The notes below the pieces were generated by a model. The model saw nothing but the letters and a program-made list of their open reading frames with translations. It was not told the origin of the DNA and did not search any database. A stretch of 63,479 nt of DNA, filler included, from Choristocarpus tenellus KU-1152 (Eukaryota; Protista; Phaeophyceae): the NCBI GenBank assembly GCA_964200185.2. It is 13 parts of 13 records of this genome, joined end to end, with 100 filler letters (N's around TTAATTAATTAA, not from the genome) between each part and the next. Parts side by side here need not be neighbours in the genome. Positions count along the whole stretch, not along the records: positions 36,855 to 39,833 come from CAXNAD020023202.1; positions 39,934 to 42,924 come from CAXNAD020023095.1; positions 43,025 to 46,733 come from CAXNAD020018381.1; positions 46,834 to 51,271 come from CAXNAD020014556.1; 9 more parts are not named here. The stretch is one strand, 5' to 3'. Of this stretch, positions 38,825-49,964 are shown in pieces. Numbering within the stretch: position 1 is the stretch's first letter; each line of letters starts with the position of its first letter. The position numbers were made by a program, and so were the translations under genes.

Positions 38825-39933
38825 GTTAGTTTCTTATTTTCATTAATGCTGAGCGTGTGTGTGTTTGTGTACAGGGGAGGGGGTATACATGAACGTGTAT
38901 TAAAAAAAAAAATAGATTTGCAAAAATTGTGGTCCGGTCGGTATATACTGTCTTTTTTTGTTTTTATTATTTTTAGAGAGCGTGGATATGAAAAAGGGGC
39001 TCTCTCTCGAGTTACGGGGTTAAATGGGTTCGGTAAAATAGGTCCCATTTACCCACCCCTCCCCCTCACCGCCCTGAGTCCGCGGGGGGNNNNNNNNNNA
39101 AATAAGGCGCCCCCCCCCCCCCCCCCTCTCTCAGGGATATGGTCGGGTGATTGACAATTTTTATTTATTTTTTATAGAGGTGTTTCTGTTGCACCGAAGT
39201 GAAGTGAAGTAAAGTAGTATGGGTGATGATATCTACAAAAAGCATCTCCTCCTCGGCCTTTGAGTGCCTACGTGCGTATGTAGAAATGTGTTGTGTGTGT
39301 GTGTGTGTACAACTAATGTGTGTGTGTTCAGGCGGGCGTGTCGTACGCACTTTTTTTTAACTTCTACTTCCAAGAATTGACAGAACCTGATCCCTTATCC
39401 TTTTCCGACGCTGTTGGCGGAGAGAGAGAGAGAGAGAGAGAGAGAGGGTTCAAACCTCTCGTGAGCGGCAGTTACGTGTTAGGTGAAAGGGGGTGTGTGT
39501 TAGGTGTAAACTAAACGCACGATTACATCGGAGAAGAAAAATTACGCTTGTCTGTTCACACGAGTTGAGGCGTGCTGTTGGAAGAGACCTTGGCGGGCAA
39601 ACCGCGCTACTCAACATGATTTTATCGATTGAATCTAAGATTCAAAATGCTACTCAACTTTAAACTTTGGCGTGAGAAACAGCACCTGTCCGAAATATAA
39701 TGTCCACCCCTCGATTTTGTTTTTTATTAAGATAACAAGACTTTATCTATTGAATCTAAGATTCAAAACGCCGTCATTTGCCTATTTCCATGTGTGTGGG
39801 TGTGCGCACGTGCACAAGCTCCCCCTTCCCCCCNNNNNNNNNNNNNNNNNNNNNNNNNNNNNNNNNNNNNNNNNNNNTTAATTAATTAANNNNNNNNNNN
39901 NNNNNNNNNNNNNNNNNNNNNNNNNNNNNNNNN

Positions 39934-39953
39934 CCCCCCCAGATATGTTGACC
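39934..39953. mobile_element. Diverged MITE family B terminus at contig start
   Basis: (C)nAGATATGTTGACCC. Confidence 0.45.
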
Positions 39954-41024
39954 CATAGTGGTTGACTAAAAACCAGGAGATAGTAGTGACAGACTGGTTG
40001 CTCTTGCTCAGAGGGAGATGACAAAATACATAGAGAGACAAGAGATTGGAGGAAGACATATTCAATGTCACGAATGTTCCAGACACGCTAAAGAGGTACA
40101 AACGAGTTGGCGAGACCAATGGATGCTGTGTCAAGGGGGGAGCAGATGAGGAAATTTCGCAAGAGAGTTATGAGGTGCAACTCATGGTGGAAGATTGTAA
40201 CAATGACAACGTCGAAGCTGACGAATCTGAGCCTGAGACTTAACAATGAATGTCAAAAGATATGCCAGCAATCCTCAGATTACTCCAAGCTTTTAATGTT
40301 CTGCACTGGCAACCAACACGATATGGCACAGGTTTCACACCATGAACAGCTAGAAAATAATGTAAAAATGATGAAAACAACAAAAACATCCCCCAAAACA
40401 GACCTTTTCCTCCTCTACAGATAATGCACTCTCATGCATGCTGTGTTGTGAATCGAAGGCGTTTCTATACAGGTTGATCGATGCGTTAGGATGTCAGCTT
40501 TCGTTCTATATACATTTCAGGGGATGGATCGACCTGTAGCAAAATTTACAGCGGTTTGGATAGCTCCAGTCACTACGTAGGACTGATGTAGTTTCTCCAA
40601 ATTTGGCATAAAACAGAACGTATCTTTGGGTTCTACGTAGACTTTGGACCTCAATCTAACTGCATTAGATCCCGCTTGCCTAACTCGAAACATTCCAGAA
40701 GATGCGTCGAAATTTTTGAAGACAAATTCCTTTGGAAATACTATTATTACTATTATTAGTTTTAGTACCGAAAGGAGCTACTAATCGATTGATAACAAGC
40801 TGAATCATGGGATAGCACGAGCTTTGAAGAACTTAGGCAAGGAACTGAACATGCAGAAGGGGGAAGAAGACAAAGGTCGAGTTGCTAGCCTAGAGTGAAG
40901 GTTGCCAAATGTGCCTGGATAAATTTTGAGATAAACATGATTGAGGAGGAGAGTGGAGAGAGCAAACTGAGGGAGAACCAAATTGCTCCCCATGGGACTG
41001 AGGATGACACCTCCCCGAATGTTA

Positions 41025-41283
41025 GAGTGAAAGTATCTTAGAGGGTACGAGTGTTGCCCTGTTTGTCCATTTGAAGCTTGGCTTCCCATGGAGTTTTTTA
41101 TGGCATTTTCCTATTCCAAAGTGTTTAGGAGTAGGTAAAATGAGTACGTAATGAAAAGGTGTGTCCGAAACATAGATCTTGACACTTCCTAACAAACGCG
41201 ATAGCCAAAATCAAATCAAAATCGCATCATTGGATTTTGACTCACAAATGGACGCGGCTCTACCTTCTACGATAATTTAGCTC
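41025..41283. mobile_element. MITE family A copy 3 (259 bp), TSD GTTA
   Basis: GTTA|GAGTGAAAGTATCTTAGAGGGTAC...CTACCTTCTACGATAATTTAGCTC|GTTA. Confidence 0.95.
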
Positions 41284-41292
41284 GTTAGAGAC

Positions 41293-41490
41293 GAGTGAAA
41301 GTATCTTAGAGGGTACAAGTTTTGCCCTGTTTGTCCATTTGGNNNNNNNNNNACATTATGAAAAGGTGTTTCTGGAACAAGGATATTGACACTTTTAGAT
41401 TACTATGATAGCTGAAATTACATAAAAATAGCAACATTGGAGTTTGGCCCCCAAATGGACGCGGTTGTACCCTCTAAGATACTTTGGCTC
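41293..41490. mobile_element. MITE family A copy 4 (internal N gap), TSD AGAC
   Basis: AGAC|GAGTGAAAGTATCTTAGAGGGTAC...GTACCCTCTAAGATACTTTGGCTC|AGAC. Confidence 0.93.
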
Positions 41491-43723
41491 AGACTGAGGA
41501 GGATGTAGAAGAGAATGATGATGAGGAGGAGGATACAGATGAAGATGTGGATGGAGACATGACAGCCTATCGTGTAGGGACTAGGAATATGAGGCCGTGT
41601 GATCACAATACTCTTCTTCAATCCTTCAATTCTTCAGCGATCACCACAAACACGTGAATGATTAACAAGACCTTGTTGGCTAGAGTCAGACAGTAATGCG
41701 CAGGGGGACGTATCATTTTGTTTCTGCCATGAGCACCAAACAAAAAGTAGCTCAGCAGTCTTTACTCTATTTCCTTCCACGCCAAATACCTCACGGCCAT
41801 CCTGGCAGTAAGTAAATGCTGTATTTCTTGAGTCCTCCTGTATCACTCCCAACAGCACCACCTATATCCTAAACCAGTGTCTCAATATATATACCCCCCC
41901 CATCTGCGAGTATATGTTTAATGTAAAGCCCTAAGTGTTATGCTGCTTTTCTCTCAGCGATGTGCAATTGCCACCTATTCCTCCAGCGTGCACAGGTTCT
42001 TATAGCGTTAGTAACATCTGTATCGTAGTACCTTCATACCATGTACTACCTATCAAAATCCAGTTTTCCGCTCATACCACCACATGTCCCCCTTTGTTCT
42101 CAACTTTCACCTCATGAATTCTTCGTATTATTTGAGGAAGAATTACAAAATGATGACCATATGCGCCTACCATCCCTTTCGTGTCGTACTTGGTTCAGTT
42201 AACCATAACTTCTACTGATAAATTGTCTGGAATTACCTGAAAAAGTGGGTGTGAGAGAGAATGTCTGGAAAATGTGCCATTTGACCTGAAAGAGTTGCAA
42301 AATGAATCGGAAACACGGAAACATTTCCGAAATGACCCGAAAAATCTGGGAAATTGGACAAAATGGTCAAAAAACGTCTCCAAAATATGATCTTTTTCTA
42401 TAATAGGTTACTATTTCAAGAAAGGTGATGCTTTTAAAGCTGGAGACACCTGGATATTGGGCAGACAGAATCCTTCACAGATTCTTGCATTCTTCCCTCA
42501 TTCCTCGCCCACCTTCGTAGGCTTAGGTAGGATAGAGTCGTATTAACAATAGTAGTATGGACACTGTTGGTTCATAGGGAATTTTTTGTACTACCTCTAT
42601 GCCATAAGTCTCTGCCGCGAAATATCTGGGCTCGCCAAGCAAGAACAGCGCCGAATCGGACGATAACTCCACAGAATGAAATCGGGTTGACAATAACAGC
42701 TTTCAGAAAGAGTGGGGGTCGAAGACCATCAGGTACAAACTCGAGGTGCTTCAAGCCCTCAAAGTAGAGGGGTCTTTGGGGTGACATTGAGGCCAGAACC
42801 GGGCACGTTGAGGGTCAGAACGTCGACATGGCAACCCCCCCGTCAACCCCCCCGCGTAGGAAGGGCGCCCAAGTGTCCCTGAATACCAGGGTTGCGTTTT
42901 CAGCATGGTACACCCTCGCGATGGNNNNNNNNNNNNNNNNNNNNNNNNNNNNNNNNNNNNNNNNNNNNTTAATTAATTAANNNNNNNNNNNNNNNNNNNN
43001 NNNNNNNNNNNNNNNNNNNNNNNNCTGTCCTCCTGTGGGTCTTCCCGATCCCCTTCATTGCGAAGAACCTGTCGGCTGTTTCCACCTGTGTCACATATAT
43101 TGTGGTTGTGAAAAGGCTAGTTGGGGTGTTCCTTTTCCTCGTGAATCAAAAAGGAGATTTAATAAGGGGAATTTTGCTCTCTTCACAGATGTATTGAAAT
43201 TTCTAAGTATGTCTATGACGGTGTTGAACTAGAACAAATACAGACATAAATATATATATATATTATATGTAACTCCCCTTCCGCTATTTCTTCATTAATG
43301 CGAGAGGGTCAAACACTTTGAGTTTGCATCTTTTTTTTCATATATTTGCAGTTCTGTAGAATTATATCATAGTGCATAACAAAACAACTTTCGCCAAACC
43401 ACATATGCGACAAACCCCACACTCCCTCACTCTCTCGACAATAAACCAACGGGACTGAACAATACAGAGGAATCGTTGTCGCACTTCTTCGAGAGGACCA
43501 CACCCATCGCACCGCAGATGTACGATGATGACTCCTCAGCTACTAGGGGATCTGGCTAACAACAGGAATGAACTCGTGGACTCCGGAGGTAGACCCCAGG
43601 ACATCCCAAAGGCAAGGCCAGGCCTCCGTCGCAGCTAGACACACTCCAATGTAGCCTGTACGTTCTGTAATTACCTGAAAGAGGGATTAGCGCTTGAAGA
43701 CTAGGCATAGCGAAGCATATGGT

Positions 43724-43930
43724 TGTTTAATATAGGCTGGTAGTCTATATGGTTTATAGGTGTTTAGTGACCACTATTAAATAACAGGAATGTTGAATAA
43801 GTTACTTGAATAAGCTACACAGGATAAGTGGAATAGTACAAGCAACGGCAGGACACATTTTGATGTGTCAGCTCATGTGTCAGCTGACGTGTGCAATAAG
43901 ATAATAAGAGAGAGCACCCCCCAACTCAAG
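43724..43930. mobile_element. LTR-like fragment; the first ~75 bp resemble the start of the Copia LTR at 50926
   Basis: TGTTTAATATAGGCTGGTAGTCTATA...TTTAGTGACCA...AGGAATGTTGA versus minus-strand TGTGCAATATAGGCTAGGTAGTCTATA...TTTAGTGACCA...AGGAATGTTGA. It ends CA at 43916 next to a reverse-strand polypurine-like tract, so orientation is ambiguous. Confidence 0.5.
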
Positions 43931-44336
43931 GGATAGTGCTCACTCCGCTAATAAATACATCCATACCACATAAAGCAAAATACTCTATTTGAGTAGCTCT
44001 CTTTTGCATAATGGTCACCAAATCCTTCCGAAATCACACATTTGCATCGAAATCAGAGACACGTGGTGTTCACCAGTTCCACAATAGCTTCGAACCGGTG
44101 GCGCACACGTCCTCCAATCAAGAGCAGAACGAAACCTAACGACGAAGTTCGTGTCCTCCGATATCCGCGTTCTGATATATGTATCGTAACTAAACGATGT
44201 TCCTTCCAGTTTCTTTTTCCGATCCCAACCCTTGCACCTGTCCCAACCCTAACACTGTCCCCCAACCCTCACACCGCCCCTCACCCTTACACAATAATGA
44301 ATTTATGCCAAGTCATGTTTCACTCTTGCTTCCTCC

Positions 44337-44678
44337 ACTCGCCTCATGTCATTTTTTCCTTACTTTACCGTACGACAAAGTATGGCAAGAGTTGCAGCGG
44401 TCCACATACCAACTTATTTCAAGTCACGCACCCCATGTCTTTTTGCCATGCTTTACCGTACGACAAAGTATGGCAAAAGTTGTGGCTGTCCACATACCAA
44501 CTTATTTGAAGCCACACGCATCATATCATTTTTTCCGTACTTTGTCCTACGACAAAGTGAGGCGAACGTTGCGGCGGTCCATATACCAACTTTTTTCAAG
44601 CCACGCGCCTCATGTCATTTTTGCCATACTTTAACGTACGACAAAGCATGGCAAAGGTTGCAGCTGTCCACATACCAT
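44337..44678. repeat. Tandem repeat, 88-89 bp unit, about 4 copies
   Basis: TACGACAAAG...GTTGCAGC(G/T)GTCCACATACCAAC recurs at about 44371, 44459, 44548 and 44637. Confidence 0.9.
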
Positions 44679-45393
44679 AATCCATCGTCCTCGACTTTCC
44701 ACAAAACTCAATCTCAATCTCATATCCCCTGTAGAGAAAGAGGCACATACAATGGTATGTGCATCTGGGGATATGTATTGACTGATACCACATGAAACGT
44801 TCAGTATCCCTTCCACCACAAACCCCATCCTACATAATAGTTTACCATTTGACAGAACACATCAATTGTAGTATATACATACGCCAATATTATCTGGGGC
44901 GACACCCACCACGCATTTGTCAACTGTTTCCCAAAAAATTCAGATCGAAACACACACTCTACTGTTCCATAAACCACCTCAATTCACTTCGTCCTACATG
45001 CTTCATGGTATGTATTCATAACCTTTTTGATGTGGCTCACGAGTGACTGCATACGCGATGCACACCATTTCAGGATATTCTAATCGGGGTGGTTTCGGTT
45101 CTCCACGTATCAAACACACCCTTCTCTATGCTTTCAACGTGGGGTGTCATCCAACACGTCCATACTCCATGGAACACTTCGTAACCAAACATTGTGCAAG
45201 CCCCTTTGCCCGAACAAAGTGGTAGTATGATCTATATTTGCATCATGAAGGTCAATCACTAATGTCAAAGGGAAACAAACCCATCAACTCATATCGTAAC
45301 CTCGTTTGAATCCCACTCAGGAAACAGGGACTAGAGAGACTACCCAAGACCAGTGTCGCTCGTTCGAGGAAGAAATCCAAAACGGACCAGATC

Positions 45394-46630
45394 ATGTACC
45401 TCTTCCTCTCCATGTTAGTCAACCACGATGGTCCAGAAGAGATGGAAGGAAGCGACAGCACTTGGAACGACCTTGCCTCTTGGTTGTTGGATGAGAAGAG
45501 CAGATTTGCACCATTGGCGAGTGCGCTGCGAGTTGTGCTGGCTTGGGAACAACGTGAGTCCACGCCTGATGTCCAGGTCAAGACGTTCCTAGAATGTGTA
45601 AAGAAAGATCGTAGCACCGAGCACACCCGCCAGGTATACAAATCCATCCTCGTTGGCATCGCTCCTGATGTTGAAATAGGCGATGACGGGGTGACATCGA
45701 CGTTTCAACCCCTTCTGTCCATCACAGCAAGAAAATACGACATCAACATCGACACAATAAGGTCATCCACCAAGAAACGCACGGAATTCGTGCGAGATAT
45801 GCAGCGACAGACGAGCCCCTTCGCATCGGCTGCCAATGACGCTGGAGGATCGTCTCCTGTATCCGATACCCATGCCCCTCATTGCTCTCCTCAAGGCACC
45901 GCCCAGAGGTATGGAAGTTCATTCTCATCAACCATCAACGGTGTGACACACACAACTTGGCCCGCGGGTGAACACGTCCACTGTATGTCGAAGAACAATT
46001 TCATCACTAACAGATGCTCGGATGATCCCTTATATCCTTGTGCGCAACTGACACACGCCCCATATCTCCCATCGGTACCTCAGACAAAACAGCAGACCAA
46101 GGGTGTTGGACGAGGGAAGGGGACAACTCCTCGCAACAGTTTGATGTGCAGCATCCTTATGCACATGTTCTTGGCATCACCGTGTTGGAGAGCAACAGCA
46201 CCGCCATGCCCCACGATCCGGTCACATCTCATGATTCCACTCAGGTATGCACTACTTTGACCCACTTACGAACAAGAGAGTTTGCCGCCCGGATGCCCTG
46301 TGCCAACAGCACGCTCAGAGGTACTCCACACTAGCGACTGTTATCCTTACAAGTATTGCGCATATCCACCCTCGACACTTTATGGATTAATCATTATAAC
46401 ATGTTCATCCTGGACCAACAAAACTTCAACATAACACTACGTATACATGGTGCAACCAACGTGACAACAGGTCATAGATTAGGAAAGATGAGGATGTCTA
46501 TGCCAACTTCAGAGAGAGATTCGAACAGGAGGGGATGTCAAGACCAATGCCCTTTCTGTCGACATTCGTGAAGTGGAGACCGTTCTACATCACAAAGGCC
46601 ACGCCAAGGTGTGTGCGGAAATAGTCTTTC
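45394..46630 (+). mobile_element. N-terminal part of an intron-containing, probably degenerate Sola2-like transposase
   Basis: ORF 45394-46260 contains an HTH-like segment (LSITARKYDINIDTIRSSTKKR). The downstream piece at about 46480-46625 reads DEDVYANFRERFEQEGMSRPMPFLSTFVKWRPFYITKATPRCV, matching the E-x-Y-xx-F...S-x-F-xx-(L/W)RP...CxC pattern recalled from Sola2-type transposases. Confidence 0.5.
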
Positions 46631-46833
46631 CATATTTAGGACACACGCTGCAGTGATGCTTGGGTAAGTCTATGTTTCCTAACCGCCACAGGGTACCCAG
46701 TCACATACCGCATCATCCGTGTCCACACACAGGNNNNNNNNNNNNNNNNNNNNNNNNNNNNNNNNNNNNNNNNNNNNTTAATTAATTAANNNNNNNNNNN
46801 NNNNNNNNNNNNNNNNNNNNNNNNNNNNNNNNN

Positions 46834-47600
46834 GTGGTGGCAGTGTAGGACTTGTCCACAACCAGGCCCGTGTAGGAGCATCTTGGTCAATACTGTAGTG
46901 TTGGACAAGAAGTTAGATATTTCGCAAGTCGCCATTCTCCCATTTAACCTCGTAGGGGTAGCTGACTCGCTCCTCTCCAACTTTCACCGTGTAGTGGGGC
47001 TGGTACTTGGTCACGGTCCCTCGCATCCACTGATCGTCTCATCTGAAGTATAGTTCCCTGCCCTTGGCACTGGCATTGAGTGGTTCTCCCTCATCTAAAT
47101 CTGGCACACCCCTCAGTGTCAGTTCAAGGAGTATATATTTCTCTGTGTCCTTCTCCATGTTCCTACACTTCCGCTGGCGGTAAACAATCGACCGGCAACG
47201 TTGTCTGACACACAGGGCTGCAGCCTCGTCACTGTCCCTCTTGTTCTTCTCTCGAAGTTGGTTGACACCCTCCTCGATCTCGTCCTCTGTCATGTACGAC
47301 CTCAGTTGAGGGAGCAAAGATTTCTCGCCATCGTCTGGAAGGTAGGACACTGAGTAAATATACACCCCTGAACCATCTACGTGAACATCGCTGACCTTCC
47401 CCGGTACGATAGCCCCCCCACTCGCGCGTAGGTTGAAGCTGGTTCCTCCACCGAACCTGGCGTCGGATGTGTCCCAAGTCTGATTTGCCTAGAGAAGCGA
47501 GCAGGTATCCCACCGAGGGATTGCCAACTGGATTCCGCGAGGTGAACCTCTGGTATTGACCAGGCAGGATCGTGAATGTGTTGTCCAGGTGGTTGTGGTC
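46834..47600 (-). pseudogene. Frameshifted and stop-interrupted coding remnant with Tudor-like segments, downstream of the transposase exon
   Basis: ...AKGRELYFR*DDQWMRGTVTKYQPH...YPYEVKWENGDLRNI... and a second ...EWGGYRTG/YIYSVSYLPDDGEK segment show Tudor/SH3-like spacing; stops and frameshifts are present. Confidence 0.4.
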
Positions 47601-48079
47601 GATGTCTGTGAAGTCTGGGATGATGATAGCCTGAAGGGGCACGACACGGGGACCTGGTTGTGAGTCCTGCATCACCACAGACATGTTCGTTGCAGGGGCT
47701 GTGTTGGTATGTAGGACTATTGGCATGTGTTTGCGCGAGATGGCCTTGTTTGGTTGTATAGGGGTGTTGTTTGTTGATCTTCTTGAGAAACGGACAGTTT
47801 TTTGTAGGATAGAGGATACACTCGGATAGCGAAATGAATGGATGGGATACGCTTATTTGCCCTACGTAACTTGTTAAATATTATGTGGAAAGTGTCAGTG
47901 GCGGTTGCAGATTAGGAGAAGAAAATGACACTGGTTTGGATGTCAGGGTTGGACGTTATGGGAGGAATTTATTTGGGTTAGAGGGGATATCAGGGGATAT
48001 GCGACATCTGTACATGGACAGCGTGGATTCATTCGTGTGGGGCATTGTTCTCTTAGAAGCAATAAGAAGCGTTTCTCAC

Positions 48080-48705
48080 CTTGCCCGTCCGTGACATGTG
48101 GATAGTTGGCACTCCACTACAAAACTAGCACTCAGCACCGCGAAGTCTTCAATGACAAAGACGACCTCATCTCCAGCACTGAACACCCCTCTGTAGCTGG
48201 AGTGGTGCCTGGCGTTCCATTGAATCGTGTCCTTGCGATGGACAGTGAACGGCAAGAACTCTATACCATTGTACTCCGATGGCTGCGTCTGCACAATGCA
48301 TATGTTCCCCTCAGCGAGCTGTCTCTTCTTCCTCGACAGCTGACTTCTCAGATACATATCACCCGTTCCTGCTTCCGTGGAAAATCCGAGGTCTATCTCC
48401 TTAAGCGGGGGCACGTGGGTTAGTTGCCACCTGCATTGGGCCAGGTTACCGATGGAACAGTTCGTGCAGTAGCACGACAGTTCGGTGTATATCAATGTAC
48501 GGGAGTCTCCGGTGGTGAGCCGACCAGTGAAGAACCTGTGCATGGACTTGATTCCACCGAGGTTTGGGACACGTGGGTCGTGTCGTCCCGCACGGCCGAT
48601 CTTGTAAGACGGAAGGTGGACTATCTCCTGTGTGCGGAACGTGTCGATGTATAGAAGTTTCGTATATATGTTACTGTGCTGTCTGCCGTCCCTCTCCGTC
48701 CAATT
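48080..48705 (-). mobile_element. C-terminal exon of a Sola2-like transposase
   Basis: Bounded by CCCTTAG| and |GTGAGA. Reads IVHLPSYKIGR...VPNLGGIKSMHRFFTG...IYTELSCYCTNCSIGNLAQC...LAEGNICIVQ...FSAGDEVVF, i.e. the G(T/I)xxxHxF followed by LSC(F/Y)CxxC pattern found after the catalytic core in these transposases. The catalytic core itself is not in the window. Confidence 0.55.
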
Positions 48706-49009
48706 CTAAGGGTTGTGGCGATTGTGCGTATAAGGGAATGGGTGGTACGTGTTGGAGTCAGTGTCGGCACTGAGGCAGTATGCTGTGACCAATTCGATAT
48801 TGAATGGCATTTTCTTTGGAATGATATGTCCTACCTATTCTTGTAACAAGTGTTCGGTAAATGACAGACGTCAATGTGTGATGAAACCAAAAACTTGGAG
48901 TTTTGGGTTAGTTTACCCATTGGTAGTAAACTTCTGAAAAATAGAGGGCGATGGTTGCAAATGTACACGGACTGTGTGCGGTCGATTAAGAAGTGCGTAT
49001 GTGCGATTA

Positions 49010-49269
49010 GAGTCAAAGTATCTTAGAGGGTAGGGCTGCGTCCATTTGGGGGTCAAAATCCAATGTTGCGATTTTGATGTAATTTTGGCTATTGTGCTTG
49101 TTAGGAAGTGTCAGTACCCTTGTTCAGGACAGACATTTTCATAACGTATACATTTTACCTACTCTGAAACATTTTGGAGTAGGAAAATGTCATAAAAAAC
49201 CCATGGGAAGTCAAGCGCCCCAAATGGACAAACAGGGCAAAACTCGTACCTTCTAAGATACTTTCACTC
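49010..49269. mobile_element. MITE family A copy 5 (260 bp), TSD ATTA/AGTA
   Basis: TGCGATTA|GAGTCAAAGTATC...GATACTTTCACTC|AGTATCATGTGATTCG; the neighbouring repeat unit at 49621 shows the empty site TGCGATTATCATGTGATTCG. Confidence 0.95.
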
Positions 49270-49964
49270 AGTATCATGTGATTCGTGGTGTCGACATGAA
49301 GGGAAGACACGGATGTGACATAATGGGTCAACAAAATCTATTGCGTGTTTCGTGTATGAGTTAGCAAGGGGCGGAAGGGAGCGGACTGTCGCAAGCTGCA
49401 AACAGGGATCAAGTATTATGAGTGGGGAAAATCATGCATGTGGTACATGTGCTATCTATTCCTGCAACAAGCGATGGGTACATGGCCGACGTTGTTACGT
49501 GAAAGAAAACAATAACTCGGAGTTTTGGGTTAGTTTACCGATTGGCAGACTTATTCTAAATCGAGGGCGATGGTTGCAAGTGTGCACGGATGGTGTGTGG
49601 TCGATTAAGAAATGCTTACATGCGATTATCATGTGATTCGTCCTATCGACGTCAAGGGAAGGCACGGATGTGACATAATAGGTCAACGATATCTATTGCG
49701 TGTTTAGTGCATGGGTTATCAAGGGGCGGTAGGGTGCAGACTGTTGCGAGTGGCAAACAGGGATCAAATTATCGTGGGTGGGGAGAATCATGCATGCAGT
49801 ATATGTGCTATCTATTCCTGCAACAAGCGATGGGTACATGGTCGACGTTGACACTGGAAAGAAAACAAGAACTTGGAGTTTTGCGCGATTTTACCGATTG
49901 GCAAACTTGTACAAAATAGGCGGGGATAGTTGTAAGTGTGCACAAACTGTCTGTGCAATCATTT

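Noticed and set aside
42572-42924. Terminal exon of an unknown minus-strand gene at the contig end
   Set aside because: Short GC-rich open frame without a recognisable motif; insufficient support.
44337-44678. CRISPR-like array
   Set aside because: Whole units are homologous with no unique spacers, there are no cas genes, and the context is eukaryotic.
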